DNA of 64,000 bases, taken from assembly GCA_963703225.1 (NCBI GenBank), contig OY969801.1, positions 2,496,001 to 2,560,000 on the forward strand, given 5' to 3'. Position numbers and translations under genes: made by a program. Below the pieces are notes generated by a model. The model searched no databases. It worked only from the letters and a program-made list of their open reading frames with translations, and was not told the DNA's origin. Shown piece after piece: positions 56,769-64,000 of this stretch. Every line of letters starts with the position of its first letter. Position 1 is the stretch's first letter. Source of the stretch: Candidatus Eiseniibacteriota bacterium. Lineage in GTDB: Bacteria > Eisenbacteria > RBG-16-71-46 > SZUA-252.

Positions 56769-57125
56769 TCAGCCCGACTTGTTGCCTCTGGCCTCCCCGC
56801 CTTCGGGGCCGTAGAACAAGACCCAGACGACCAGGCCCGGGGAAAACTCCTCGAATCGATGAACGACACCGGCGGGGGCAAAGAGAAAATCTCCCGGCCC
56901 GAACTCCTGCCGGCCCGCGTCGCTCACGAAGGTGCCGGTGCCCGAGACGACTACGTAGGCCTCGTCCCGCGTGTGGGACGTTTGGGGGTCGCGGCCGACC
57001 GGGGCGTAGATCTCGACTTGCAGGCTGCCGTGGCGGAATACTGTGGCGAAGCGCTCTCCATTCGGCCCCGGGACCGTCGAGAGCGCTTCGGCGCTCGTCA
57101 GACGCCGACGAGCGTCGAGCTTCAT
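56769..57125 (-). CDS. Cupin domain protein
   Basis: DPQTSHTRDEAYVVVSGTG and GDFLFAPAGVVHRF. Start trimmed to ATG 57125. Confidence 0.87.
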   Translation of the reverse strand: MKLDARRRLTSAEALSTVPGPNGERFATVFRHGSLQVEIYAPVGRDPQTSHTRDEAYVVVSGTGTFVSDAGRQEFGPGDFLFAPAGVVHRFEEFSPGLVVWVLFYGPEGGEARGNKSG

Positions 57126-57148
57126 CGAACCGGCGCCGGAATCACTGG

Positions 57149-57538
57149 TTATCGAGAAACTTGGGATGGGGAGACCCCGAGCCACTCCAAGGCCGACGAA
57201 GCATCCCGGAAGACCGCGGTCTCGACTCCCACGCCCTCGGTGTAGGCGCTCCCCATGCGGCTCAAGCCGAAATGCAGATCCCTGCTCGCCACGATGGCGC
57301 ACCGCCCGCCGATCCGCTTCGCGTAGGGCCCAAGGTATTCCGCTACCTGGCGAATTTCCTGTGGCTCCCGCGTCCCCAGCGATTCAGACGCCGTCACGTC
57401 CACCAATAGCGCCACCGGGTTCGGGCAGGCCGGATCGGCGATTCCGGCGAGGAACTCCCGGATGATGTCCTGGGGCTCGTATTGCCCTTCAAGCTTCAGG
57501 CGGAGCAGACCACCTTCGATTGTGTAGGACACGGCCAT
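57149..57538 (-). CDS. Hypothetical protein (STAS/SpoIIAA-like fold suspected)
   Basis: LLVDV, CAIVA...FGLSRM, VFRD...ALEWL pattern. Confidence 0.65.
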   Translation of the reverse strand: MAVSYTIEGGLLRLKLEGQYEPQDIIREFLAGIADPACPNPVALLVDVTASESLGTREPQEIRQVAEYLGPYAKRIGGRCAIVASRDLHFGLSRMGSAYTEGVGVETAVFRDASSALEWLGVSPSQVSR

Positions 57539-57596
57539 ATATTTTCCCCCCTGGGACCTACTATACGCTCGCGTCGCCCCGGGAGCTACCCCCCCC

Positions 57597-60500
57597 TCAA
57601 AGCCGCTCCACCCTGTCCGCCGTCAGCGTGCAAACCCCACAATCCTCCTCGACGAGCCCCGTGAGCAGGAAGGGGCGCGTGCTGGTAAGCAGGTGGCAGA
57701 AGCGGCGGTAGGCATCGGGGAAGAGCGTCACGTCGTAGATCGCGGTGGTGTCCTCGAAGCAGAGAAACTCCATCGGCTCGCCCGCCTGGGTCTGGACAAG
57801 CTTCGACGTGACATGCCAGCCGAGGACGCGGACCCTGCGCCCGGCGTGGCGGTCGAGATCGCGGGCTTGGATGACGCCGCGCCCGCGGAGCGAGCGCTCG
57901 TAGGGCTCGAGGGGGTGGGCGCTCAACAGGAAGCCGAGGGTCTCGACCTCGTGGCGCAGCACCGTCGCGCGGTCGTAAGCGGGGGCGCGCGGCGCCGCCG
58001 CGGGGCCCGCCTCGAAGAGCTCGAGCGCCCGCCCGGGCGCCGTGGCCCCAGACCCGGTGCCGCCACGGCCGTCGATGTAGAGCTCCCAGAGAAGCTCCGG
58101 CCGCGTGCGGCCACGAGCGACGGAGTCGAGCGCGCCGGCCTTGACGAGCAGCTCCGCGTCGCTCGGGCGAAGCGCCACCCGACCGCGCAGATCGGCGAAC
58201 GAGCAAAACGGCCCTCCGCGCGCCCGCTCGGCGAGGAGCGCGTCGAGCGTCTCGTGGCGGAGCCCCTTCAGCTGCATCAGCCCGACGCGGACCTCGCGAC
58301 CCCTCCCCGTGTACGCGCGCTCGCTCGCGTTGACGTCGGGAGGGAGGACGGAGAGCCCCATCCGCCGCGCTTCGGACAAATAGGCGAACGTCGAGTAATA
58401 GCCACCCTGGTTCGAGATCACAGCCGCCATGAACTCGGCGGGGTAATGCGCGCGCAGCCAGCCGGAGCGAAACGACACCAGAGCGTAGGAAGCGCTGTGC
58501 GGCTTGCAGAAGGAATAGCCGGCGAACGAGAGGATCATCTCCCAGACCTTGTCGATCACGTCGCGCGCGGCGCCGCGGGCCTTGGCCCCGGCGTAGAACT
58601 CCGCCTGGTACGCGCGGAGGGGCTTCGCCGGCCGCTTCTGGCTCAACGCCTTGCGCAGCCCCTCCGCCTGGGCCAGCGAGAGCCCGGCCAGCTCCATCGA
58701 GACCTTCGTCACGTCTTCCTGGTAGCACATGATCCCGTACGTTTCGTCGAGCGTGTGCGTGAGCGCCGGGTGGAGCGGCTCGTACGCGCCGCCGTGGAGC
58801 CGCCGCACGTATTCCCGGATGAAGCGGTTCGCGGCCGGCCGGATCATCGACGAGTGGATCACGAGGTGATCGAAATCCCCGACGCGCGCCTTTCGCTGGA
58901 GCTGGCGCATGGAGGGCGACTCGACGTAGAAGACGCCGATCGTCTCGCCGGCCTTCATCAGCCGCTGCGTCGCGGGGTCCTCGATCGGGTTCCACGCGCG
59001 CTCGTCGATCGCGAGGCCGGTGTTTCGTTCCACCGCCGCCACCGCGTCGCGGATCACGGCGAGCGAGCGGTTCCCGAGCAGGTCCATCTTCACGAGGCCG
59101 TAGTCCTCCACCTGGTCCTTCTCCCACTGGACGATCGGCACGCCCTTGGGCGCGATCTCGACGGGGACGTGGTCGGCGAGCGCGTCGGGAACGAGGACGA
59201 CGCCCCCGCTGTGGACGCTCAGGTGGCGCGGGTGCCCCTCGAGCGCGACCGCCTGCGCGAGGATCTCGGGCCAGGGCGGCTCGAAGTCGACGTCCTTGAA
59301 GCGGGGGCGACCGTCGAGGCGCTCGACCGGATCCTCCAGCCCCCAATATCCCGAGAGCCGCTTCGTGACGTTCATGATCTCGGCCTCGGGCAACCCGTAG
59401 ACCTTGGCGATCTCGTGGATCGCTCCCTTGGCGCGGAAGCCGACGTGGTTGGCGACCATCGCCGCGCGCACCGGCGCTCCGTTCTCCTCGAGCACCGCGA
59501 GCTGAATCGCGTCCCGCTCGTCCCACGCGAAGTCGACGTCGATGTCCGGCGGATCCTTCCGCTCGGGCGAGAGGAAACGCTCGAAGAACAGGTTGTGCCG
59601 CACCGGATCGACGTGGGTGATGCCCAGGAGGTAGGCGACGATGCTCGCGGCGCCCGACCCTCGGCCACACGTACGCGGTGTCCGGGACGTGATCGCCTCC
59701 ACGATGAGGAAGTAGTCGGCGTAGCCTTTGTCGCGGATGATCGCGAGCTCGCGCTCGAGGCGCGTTCGCACGTCGGGGCTGGGGTCGCGGCCGTACCGGT
59801 GGAGGATCCCGGCCTCGCACCGGGCGCGGAGGATCTCGAAGGCGTCGCCTCGATCGAGCGGGTACGAGGGAAAGACGGTCCGCCCCATCGGCCAGTCGGC
59901 CGCGCACTCCTCGCCGATCCTCGCCGCGTTCTCCATCGCCTCGGGCGCGTGCGGGAAGCGCGCCTCCATCTCGGCGGCCGACGTGAAGGTTCGCGCCGGC
60001 TCCGCGAGGTCCTCGGGGGGCACCCGGTCGAGCGTGGTGTTCCGGTCGATGGCGCGGAGCACCTGGTGGAGCCGGTGCCCTTCCCGGTGGACGAAGTGGA
60101 CGTTGTTCGTGGCCACGCACGGGATGCCCTCGGCGCGTGCCCACTGCCGGAGCGCGCGGTCTCCGCGGCCCGGGACCAGCTCGGCGTAGACGGGGAGCGC
60201 GTCCCCGAGCGCCGTCAGGTGGGCGCGGTTCTCGGAAAGAAGGACGAGGCCTTCGGCGTTCGCGCGGGTGGAGGCGACGAGCGCGAACGCCGGATCGAGG
60301 TGGCGCGCGGTGAGGACGCGGCAGAGCGAGCGGTAGCCCTCGCGGCCGCGCGCGAGGAGGACGGCGCGGGCGGGGCCGTCGCCGTTGTGTGCCGCGGCGG
60401 GGCTCTCCACCACTTCCGCGCCGGCAATCGGCGTGAGCCCGGTCTCGGCGCAGATTTGCCGGTAGAAGACGAAGCCGTAGAGGGCATTCGTGTCGGTGAG

Positions 60501-60611
60501 CGCGAAGCGGTCCATCCCGTGCTCGCGCGCGGCCTGCGCCAGGGCCTCGAGCGTGTCGACGCCCCGCATCAGCGAGTAGTGGCTATGGACGTGCAGGTGT
60601 ACGAACGACAA
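57597..60611 (-). CDS. dnaE2: Error-prone DNA polymerase III alpha subunit
   Basis: HLHVHSHYS PHP start, GRGSGAAS, FERFLS, PPDIDVDF, HLSVHSGG, KMDLLG, YSFCKPH; downstream of imuB and lexA. Confidence 0.92.
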   Translation of the reverse strand: MSFVHLHVHSHYSLMRGVDTLEALAQAAREHGMDRFALTDTNALYGFVFYRQICAETGLTPIAGAEVVESPAAAHNGDGPARAVLLARGREGYRSLCRVLTARHLDPAFALVASTRANAEGLVLLSENRAHLTALGDALPVYAELVPGRGDRALRQWARAEGIPCVATNNVHFVHREGHRLHQVLRAIDRNTTLDRVPPEDLAEPARTFTSAAEMEARFPHAPEAMENAARIGEECAADWPMGRTVFPSYPLDRGDAFEILRARCEAGILHRYGRDPSPDVRTRLERELAIIRDKGYADYFLIVEAITSRTPRTCGRGSGAASIVAYLLGITHVDPVRHNLFFERFLSPERKDPPDIDVDFAWDERDAIQLAVLEENGAPVRAAMVANHVGFRAKGAIHEIAKVYGLPEAEIMNVTKRLSGYWGLEDPVERLDGRPRFKDVDFEPPWPEILAQAVALEGHPRHLSVHSGGVVLVPDALADHVPVEIAPKGVPIVQWEKDQVEDYGLVKMDLLGNRSLAVIRDAVAAVERNTGLAIDERAWNPIEDPATQRLMKAGETIGVFYVESPSMRQLQRKARVGDFDHLVIHSSMIRPAANRFIREYVRRLHGGAYEPLHPALTHTLDETYGIMCYQEDVTKVSMELAGLSLAQAEGLRKALSQKRPAKPLRAYQAEFYAGAKARGAARDVIDKVWEMILSFAGYSFCKPHSASYALVSFRSGWLRAHYPAEFMAAVISNQGGYYSTFAYLSEARRMGLSVLPPDVNASERAYTGRGREVRVGLMQLKGLRHETLDALLAERARGGPFCSFADLRGRVALRPSDAELLVKAGALDSVARGRTRPELLWELYIDGRGGTGSGATAPGRALELFEAGPAAAPRAPAYDRATVLRHEVETLGFLLSAHPLEPYERSLRGRGVIQARDLDRHAGRRVRVLGWHVTSKLVQTQAGEPMEFLCFEDTTAIYDVTLFPDAYRRFCHLLTSTRPFLLTGLVEEDCGVCTLTADRVERL

Positions 60612-61893
60612 GGCCGTGCGCCATCCACGCGGCGGGGATCAGCGCCTCCGTGCCGAAGCGGGCGCGGACTCGGTCGAGGGCGTGCTCCAAGGCGACGCAG
60701 CGCCCCGCGGGTGAGGGTTCCGGGAACGCAAGCCTTCGGGCACACGGGTCCTCGCCCGCAAGAAGCCAAGACGCGGGCTGCGGACGGTGCCCTGCGGCTT
60801 CGTTCCCGGAGCCCTCCCACAGGGTGAGCTGCGTCGCGCGCGGCGCGGCTTCGTGCGCCTCGAGGCGGATGCGGCGGACGCGAACGCGGCGGGTGACGGC
60901 ACGGTCGAGGAGCGAGAGCGCGGCCGCGCGGAGCGCGTGCTCGGCCGCGGTCGGTGGCGTGAGCGCTTGGCGCGCGTGGCCCTCGCGGGCGTCGGCGTAG
61001 AGAACGGAGATCGTGAGCGAGCCCACCTGGGCGGCGCGCATGCGGAGCCCGACGCCGAGCTCGACGACCAGGCGCGCGAGGCGCGCCGCGATGACGCGGC
61101 CGTCGTTGGTTTCCTGGACGAGCGTTTCCTCGGCGATCGCGAGGCGCGGCGGCGCGAGGGTCCGGCGAGGTCCTCCGTCCAATCCGCGCGCCTCTCGCCA
61201 GAGCGCCGTCGCCGCCGAGCCTCCGAACGCGGCGAGAAGCTGCTCCGGGCTCAACGCCTGAACGTCACGCACCGCGCGCGCGTTCAAGAGATCGAGCCGC
61301 GCCGCAGCGATGCGCTCGCGCGCGGACGGCAGAACCCGCACGGAGAGCGGCGCCAGGAACGCCACCTCGCTTCCGGGGAGTACGTCGAGCAGTTCCCCAT
61401 CGGGCGCGAGCACGGTCGCGGCCACGCGGCTCACCAGGCGCGTCGCGGCGATCCCGAGCGTCGGATGGAGGCGGAAGGCGCGCTCCACGCCCCGCCCCGC
61501 CTCGGCCGCGCGGTCGCGTGCGTCGGCGTGCGTGCGCGCAACGCCGGTCAGGTTGAGGGCGAAGCGCCCCGACGGCCCCGGCGCGGCGCGGTCCTCGTCG
61601 GCGAAGGGGGCGAACGGCGAGAGCTGCGCGCGGATGGAGTCGGAGAGCCCGGCATAGAGGTCGCGATCGGGCGGGAGCGCGATCAGGTCGCGGCAAAGCC
61701 GCCGCGCCACGAGGAGCGGCGTGCCGGGCAAGATTCCCGCGGCGCGCGCCTCGCGCGAAACGGCGACCACGCGCGGGCGCGACGAGTCGGAGGGAGCCAG
61801 CGCGAGCGGACGGCCGGCGAGCTTGGGGCAGCGGAGCCGCTCGGCCTGGATGGCGAAGGAATCGATGGCGATGTGGAGGATGGTCGCGTTCAC
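60583..61893 (-). CDS. imuB: ImuB-like inactive Y-family polymerase
   Basis: HIAIDSF in place of HxDxDxF; VSREARAAGI.PG; no SxDE motif; clamp motif QLTLW; LDRVRARFG. Confidence 0.8.
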   Translation of the reverse strand: MNATILHIAIDSFAIQAERLRCPKLAGRPLALAPSDSSRPRVVAVSREARAAGILPGTPLLVARRLCRDLIALPPDRDLYAGLSDSIRAQLSPFAPFADEDRAAPGPSGRFALNLTGVARTHADARDRAAEAGRGVERAFRLHPTLGIAATRLVSRVAATVLAPDGELLDVLPGSEVAFLAPLSVRVLPSARERIAAARLDLLNARAVRDVQALSPEQLLAAFGGSAATALWREARGLDGGPRRTLAPPRLAIAEETLVQETNDGRVIAARLARLVVELGVGLRMRAAQVGSLTISVLYADAREGHARQALTPPTAAEHALRAAALSLLDRAVTRRVRVRRIRLEAHEAAPRATQLTLWEGSGNEAAGHRPQPASWLLAGEDPCARRLAFPEPSPAGRCVALEHALDRVRARFGTEALIPAAWMAHGLVVRTPARP

Positions 61894-61909
61894 CGCGACG
61901 CTTCCCTTC

Positions 61910-62203
61910 CTAGCGGGTCAGACGCTCTGTGCGATTGATGTCGAAGGGATGGTCGATCAGAGGCTCCACACGCTCGAGGAAGCGGACCGTGTGCGGCAGA
62001 TCGGCGTGCAGCTCGAACGCCTCTTCGTCCTTCCAATGCGAGTGGATGAAGAACAGTCGCGGCTCCCGCACCGACCGGAAGGCGTCGATGTAGAGACAGT
62101 CCGGCTCCTGGCGCGACGGACCCTGGCCGTCCAGGATCGCTTCTGCTACGGCGGCCTCGTTGCCGGGCTTTGCGTGAAATCGCGCGATGATGTGGAGTCC
62201 CAT
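61910..62203 (-). CDS. ABM-family putative quinol monooxygenase
   Basis: ARFHAKPG, SRQEPDC, WKDEEAFELH..PH. ATG 62203 follows GGAGG. Confidence 0.82.
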   Translation of the reverse strand: MGLHIIARFHAKPGNEAAVAEAILDGQGPSRQEPDCLYIDAFRSVREPRLFFIHSHWKDEEAFELHADLPHTVRFLERVEPLIDHPFDINRTERLTR

Positions 62204-62214
62204 GGCCCGCCCTC

Positions 62215-62694
62215 CTAGTCGAACTCGAACTTGGGATCGGCCGGCGTCTGCTCGGCTCCGACGCGGCCCACGACGATGTCGGCGCGGTTGTAGCTCTCCC
62301 CCTTCATCGGCGCGCCCGAGTACCGCCGCAGCATCGCGAGTTGCCCGGTGTGGGTCAGCGCGTCCGCCACCGGCCCCTGGAAGAGGCGCGGCAGCTCGTA
62401 GCCAAGCGGCTCGTTGGAGGCGAGGAAGTCGTCGAAGGCTTTGAGCGCCGCGAAGAACCGCCGGCATTCGTCTTGCCACGGCTGGGGCGTCGCGGTGGTC
62501 CACTTCCCCTCTCCCCGCGCCATCCGTAGGGCCCAGTCGAAGAGGTCCCCCATGTGCGCGACGATTTGGACCGGCGTGTTGGCGTGCGGTGTCGCCTGGA
62601 ACGACGCGAACGACTCCGGCGCGCCGCGCATGGTCTTGGCGGCGCGGTAGGCCAGCGTGGCCACGGTGTGACGCAGCAATTCCCGATCGGTCAT
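62215..62694 (-). CDS. DinB/YfiT-like four-helix-bundle protein
   Basis: TPVQIVAHMGD and DALTHTGQLAMLRR motifs. Confidence 0.72.
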   Translation of the reverse strand: MTDRELLRHTVATLAYRAAKTMRGAPESFASFQATPHANTPVQIVAHMGDLFDWALRMARGEGKWTTATPQPWQDECRRFFAALKAFDDFLASNEPLGYELPRLFQGPVADALTHTGQLAMLRRYSGAPMKGESYNRADIVVGRVGAEQTPADPKFEFD

Positions 62695-62710
62695 CTGTGG
62701 TGCCCCCCTC

Positions 62711-63307
62711 CTACGGATACCGGCGTAACAAGCCCACCAGCACTCCCCGGATCTCGACGCGGTCGGCGGCGACGCGGACCGGCGCGAAGGCTGCGTTTGC
62801 GGGACGCAGCTCGACGCGCGCGCCCGTTTGGTGGAACCGCTTCAACGTCGCCTCGCCGTCCACGATCGCCACGACCGTCTGACCGTTCTCAGCCCGCTGC
62901 GCGCGTCGCACCACCACGACGTCACCGTCGTGGATCCCGTCCTCGATCATCGAGTCGCCGCTCACGCGGAGCGCGTAGCGCTCGCCCGCGCCGGCCATCG
63001 CCGCCGGGATCTCGATTTCCTCCGGAACCTCGACCGGCTCGATCGGCCGGCCCGCCGCCACCACGCCGAGGAGTGGGATGGTGTCTCCATCGGCGCGGCG
63101 GGCAGGCGGGGCCAGCCAACGCTTGGCGTTCGGGGGTGCGGGCGCGAGGTAGCCGCGGCGGCGGAGCTGGGTGATCAGCTTCGCCACCGCGTTGAGCGAG
63201 GCCACCCCCAAATGGCGGCGAAGCTCCTCATATGAGGGGGCGAACCCCCTTCGCTCGCGGAAGGCGGCTATGAAGTCGTAGACTGCCCGTTGCCTGGGGG
63301 TTAGCAC
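62711..63307 (-). CDS. lexA: LexA repressor
   Basis: LTPRQ, GFAPSYEE, VAAG cleavage site, GDSM Ser, ATLKR Lys. Start trimmed to GTG 63307. Confidence 0.95.
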   Translation of the reverse strand: MLTPRQRAVYDFIAAFRERRGFAPSYEELRRHLGVASLNAVAKLITQLRRRGYLAPAPPNAKRWLAPPARRADGDTIPLLGVVAAGRPIEPVEVPEEIEIPAAMAGAGERYALRVSGDSMIEDGIHDGDVVVVRRAQRAENGQTVVAIVDGEATLKRFHQTGARVELRPANAAFAPVRVAADRVEIRGVLVGLLRRYP

Positions 63308-63414
63308 GGTTCTTCCCTTTCCGGGTTGCCCGGTGCGGCCGCGCGGCGCCCTGTGGCGGCCGTCCGGGAACCCTCCGTGGGGCGGTACGCTAGGCGCGCC
63401 CCGCGGATACACAA

Positions 63415-63443
63415 AGCATAGGTGAATAAAAGGTGAAAGTCAA
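63415..63443 (-). promoter_or_regulatory. lexA promoter with direct-repeat candidate SOS box
   Basis: TTGACT-N17-TATGCT; the spacer is TTCACC-TTTTA-TTCACC. Confidence 0.72.
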
Positions 63444-63490
63444 GGGGAAAACGAGCGCCTCGGGCCCGGTGAGGGTAGGCTTGCGCGCAC

Positions 63491-63910
63491 ATGCAAAGCG
63501 GCACAGACGAATTGAAATCCACCGCCAGGCGATGGATCGAGGTGGTGTGGCAGCAGCGGGACGTGGAGGCCGTGGATGGCCTCCACGCTCCCGACTTCAT
63601 CGACCGCAGCCCCGGCGATCGTGGCCCCACGCGCGATGACTACAAGCGTGGGCTGCGCGACTTCTTCGCCGCCTTCCCCGACTTCCACACCACCATCGAG
63701 GACCTCGTCATCGACCGCGACAAATCTTCGGTCGCGATCCGATGGACCGCGAACGCCACGCACGCCGGCGCGTATCTGGGCGTGCCGCCCAGCGGGAAAC
63801 GGATCGAGTTCGCGGGAATCGAGATCATCCGGGTCGAGGATGGCCGCATCACGGAGCGATGGGGCGAATGGGACGGGATGAGTCTCCTACGCCAACTCGG
63901 GGCCTGGTAG
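63491..63910 (+). CDS. SnoaL-like ester cyclase family protein
   Basis: AFPDFHTTIED, ATHAGAYLGVPPSGK, DGRITERW. Confidence 0.87.
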   Translation: MQSGTDELKSTARRWIEVVWQQRDVEAVDGLHAPDFIDRSPGDRGPTRDDYKRGLRDFFAAFPDFHTTIEDLVIDRDKSSVAIRWTANATHAGAYLGVPPSGKRIEFAGIEIIRVEDGRITERWGEWDGMSLLRQLGAW

Positions 63911-63919
63911 GATCAGCGC

Positions 63920-64000
63920 ATGAATCCGACCACGATCTCGGTTTTCCGCTCCTTTCGCACTCCCCTGCTCGAAGTCTGGCTCTACCTCACGCGCCCCGAG
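63920..64000 (+). CDS. Start of a probable SRPBCC-domain protein (runs off window end)
   Basis: MNPTTISVFRSFRTPLLEVWLYLTRPE resembles the SRPBCC N-terminus. Confidence 0.5.
   Translation, partial: MNPTTISVFRSFRTPLLEVWLYLTRPE

Noticed and set aside
57693..60827. 1044-aa plus-strand ORF and similar long ORFs (25069-27036, 27928-30042, 38613-40553)
   Set aside because: Antisense or off-frame shadows of real genes; expected in high-GC DNA and without recognisable motifs.
60583..61893. Calling this an active DNA polymerase IV (dinB)
   Set aside because: The first catalytic Asp and the SxDE motif are missing.
1..64000. rRNA, tRNA, prophage, integrase, transposase or defence systems
   Set aside because: None recognised by eye; intergenic gaps are short. 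A covariance-model search would be needed to exclude small RNAs.

Overview
High-GC bacterial chromosomal window with about 58 CDS. I found no rRNA, tRNA, CRISPR array or recognisable mobile element. Outer-membrane beta-barrels indicate a diderm. A C-terminal FlgD-Ig/'PNAPNPFNP' module on a secreted S8 protease suggests an FCB-related lineage such as Ca. Eisenbacteria (inference only). Several conserved genes (acyl-CoA dehydrogenase, MFS, lat, AAA+ ATPase, Nudix-MBL, DUF1028) are broken by single-base indels that look like assembly errors. The most striking locus is at 43593-50581 (-): an MtrA/DmsE-type decaheme and MtrB/PioB-type porin are followed in the same orientation by a Rieske protein, cytochrome b, a membrane-anchored nonaheme cytochrome and a monoheme cytochrome. 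This would form a quinone-to-cell-surface electron conduit using a Rieske/cyt b complex instead of CymA. Divergent from it is an uncharacterised module: a stand-alone RnfD/NqrB-like membrane protein plus two Cys-conserved DUF2330 proteins. Other notable items: a blue-copper protein/histidine kinase/porin operon that shares an 11-bp upstream motif with the cytochrome operon; a CarH-like regulator lacking its B12 ligands but preceded by three 11-bp repeats; an ImuA-less lexA...imuB-dnaE2 cassette with a direct-repeat candidate SOS box; and a Bcp peroxiredoxin with a histone-H1-like tail. All family assignments come from motif recognition by eye; no database search was run.
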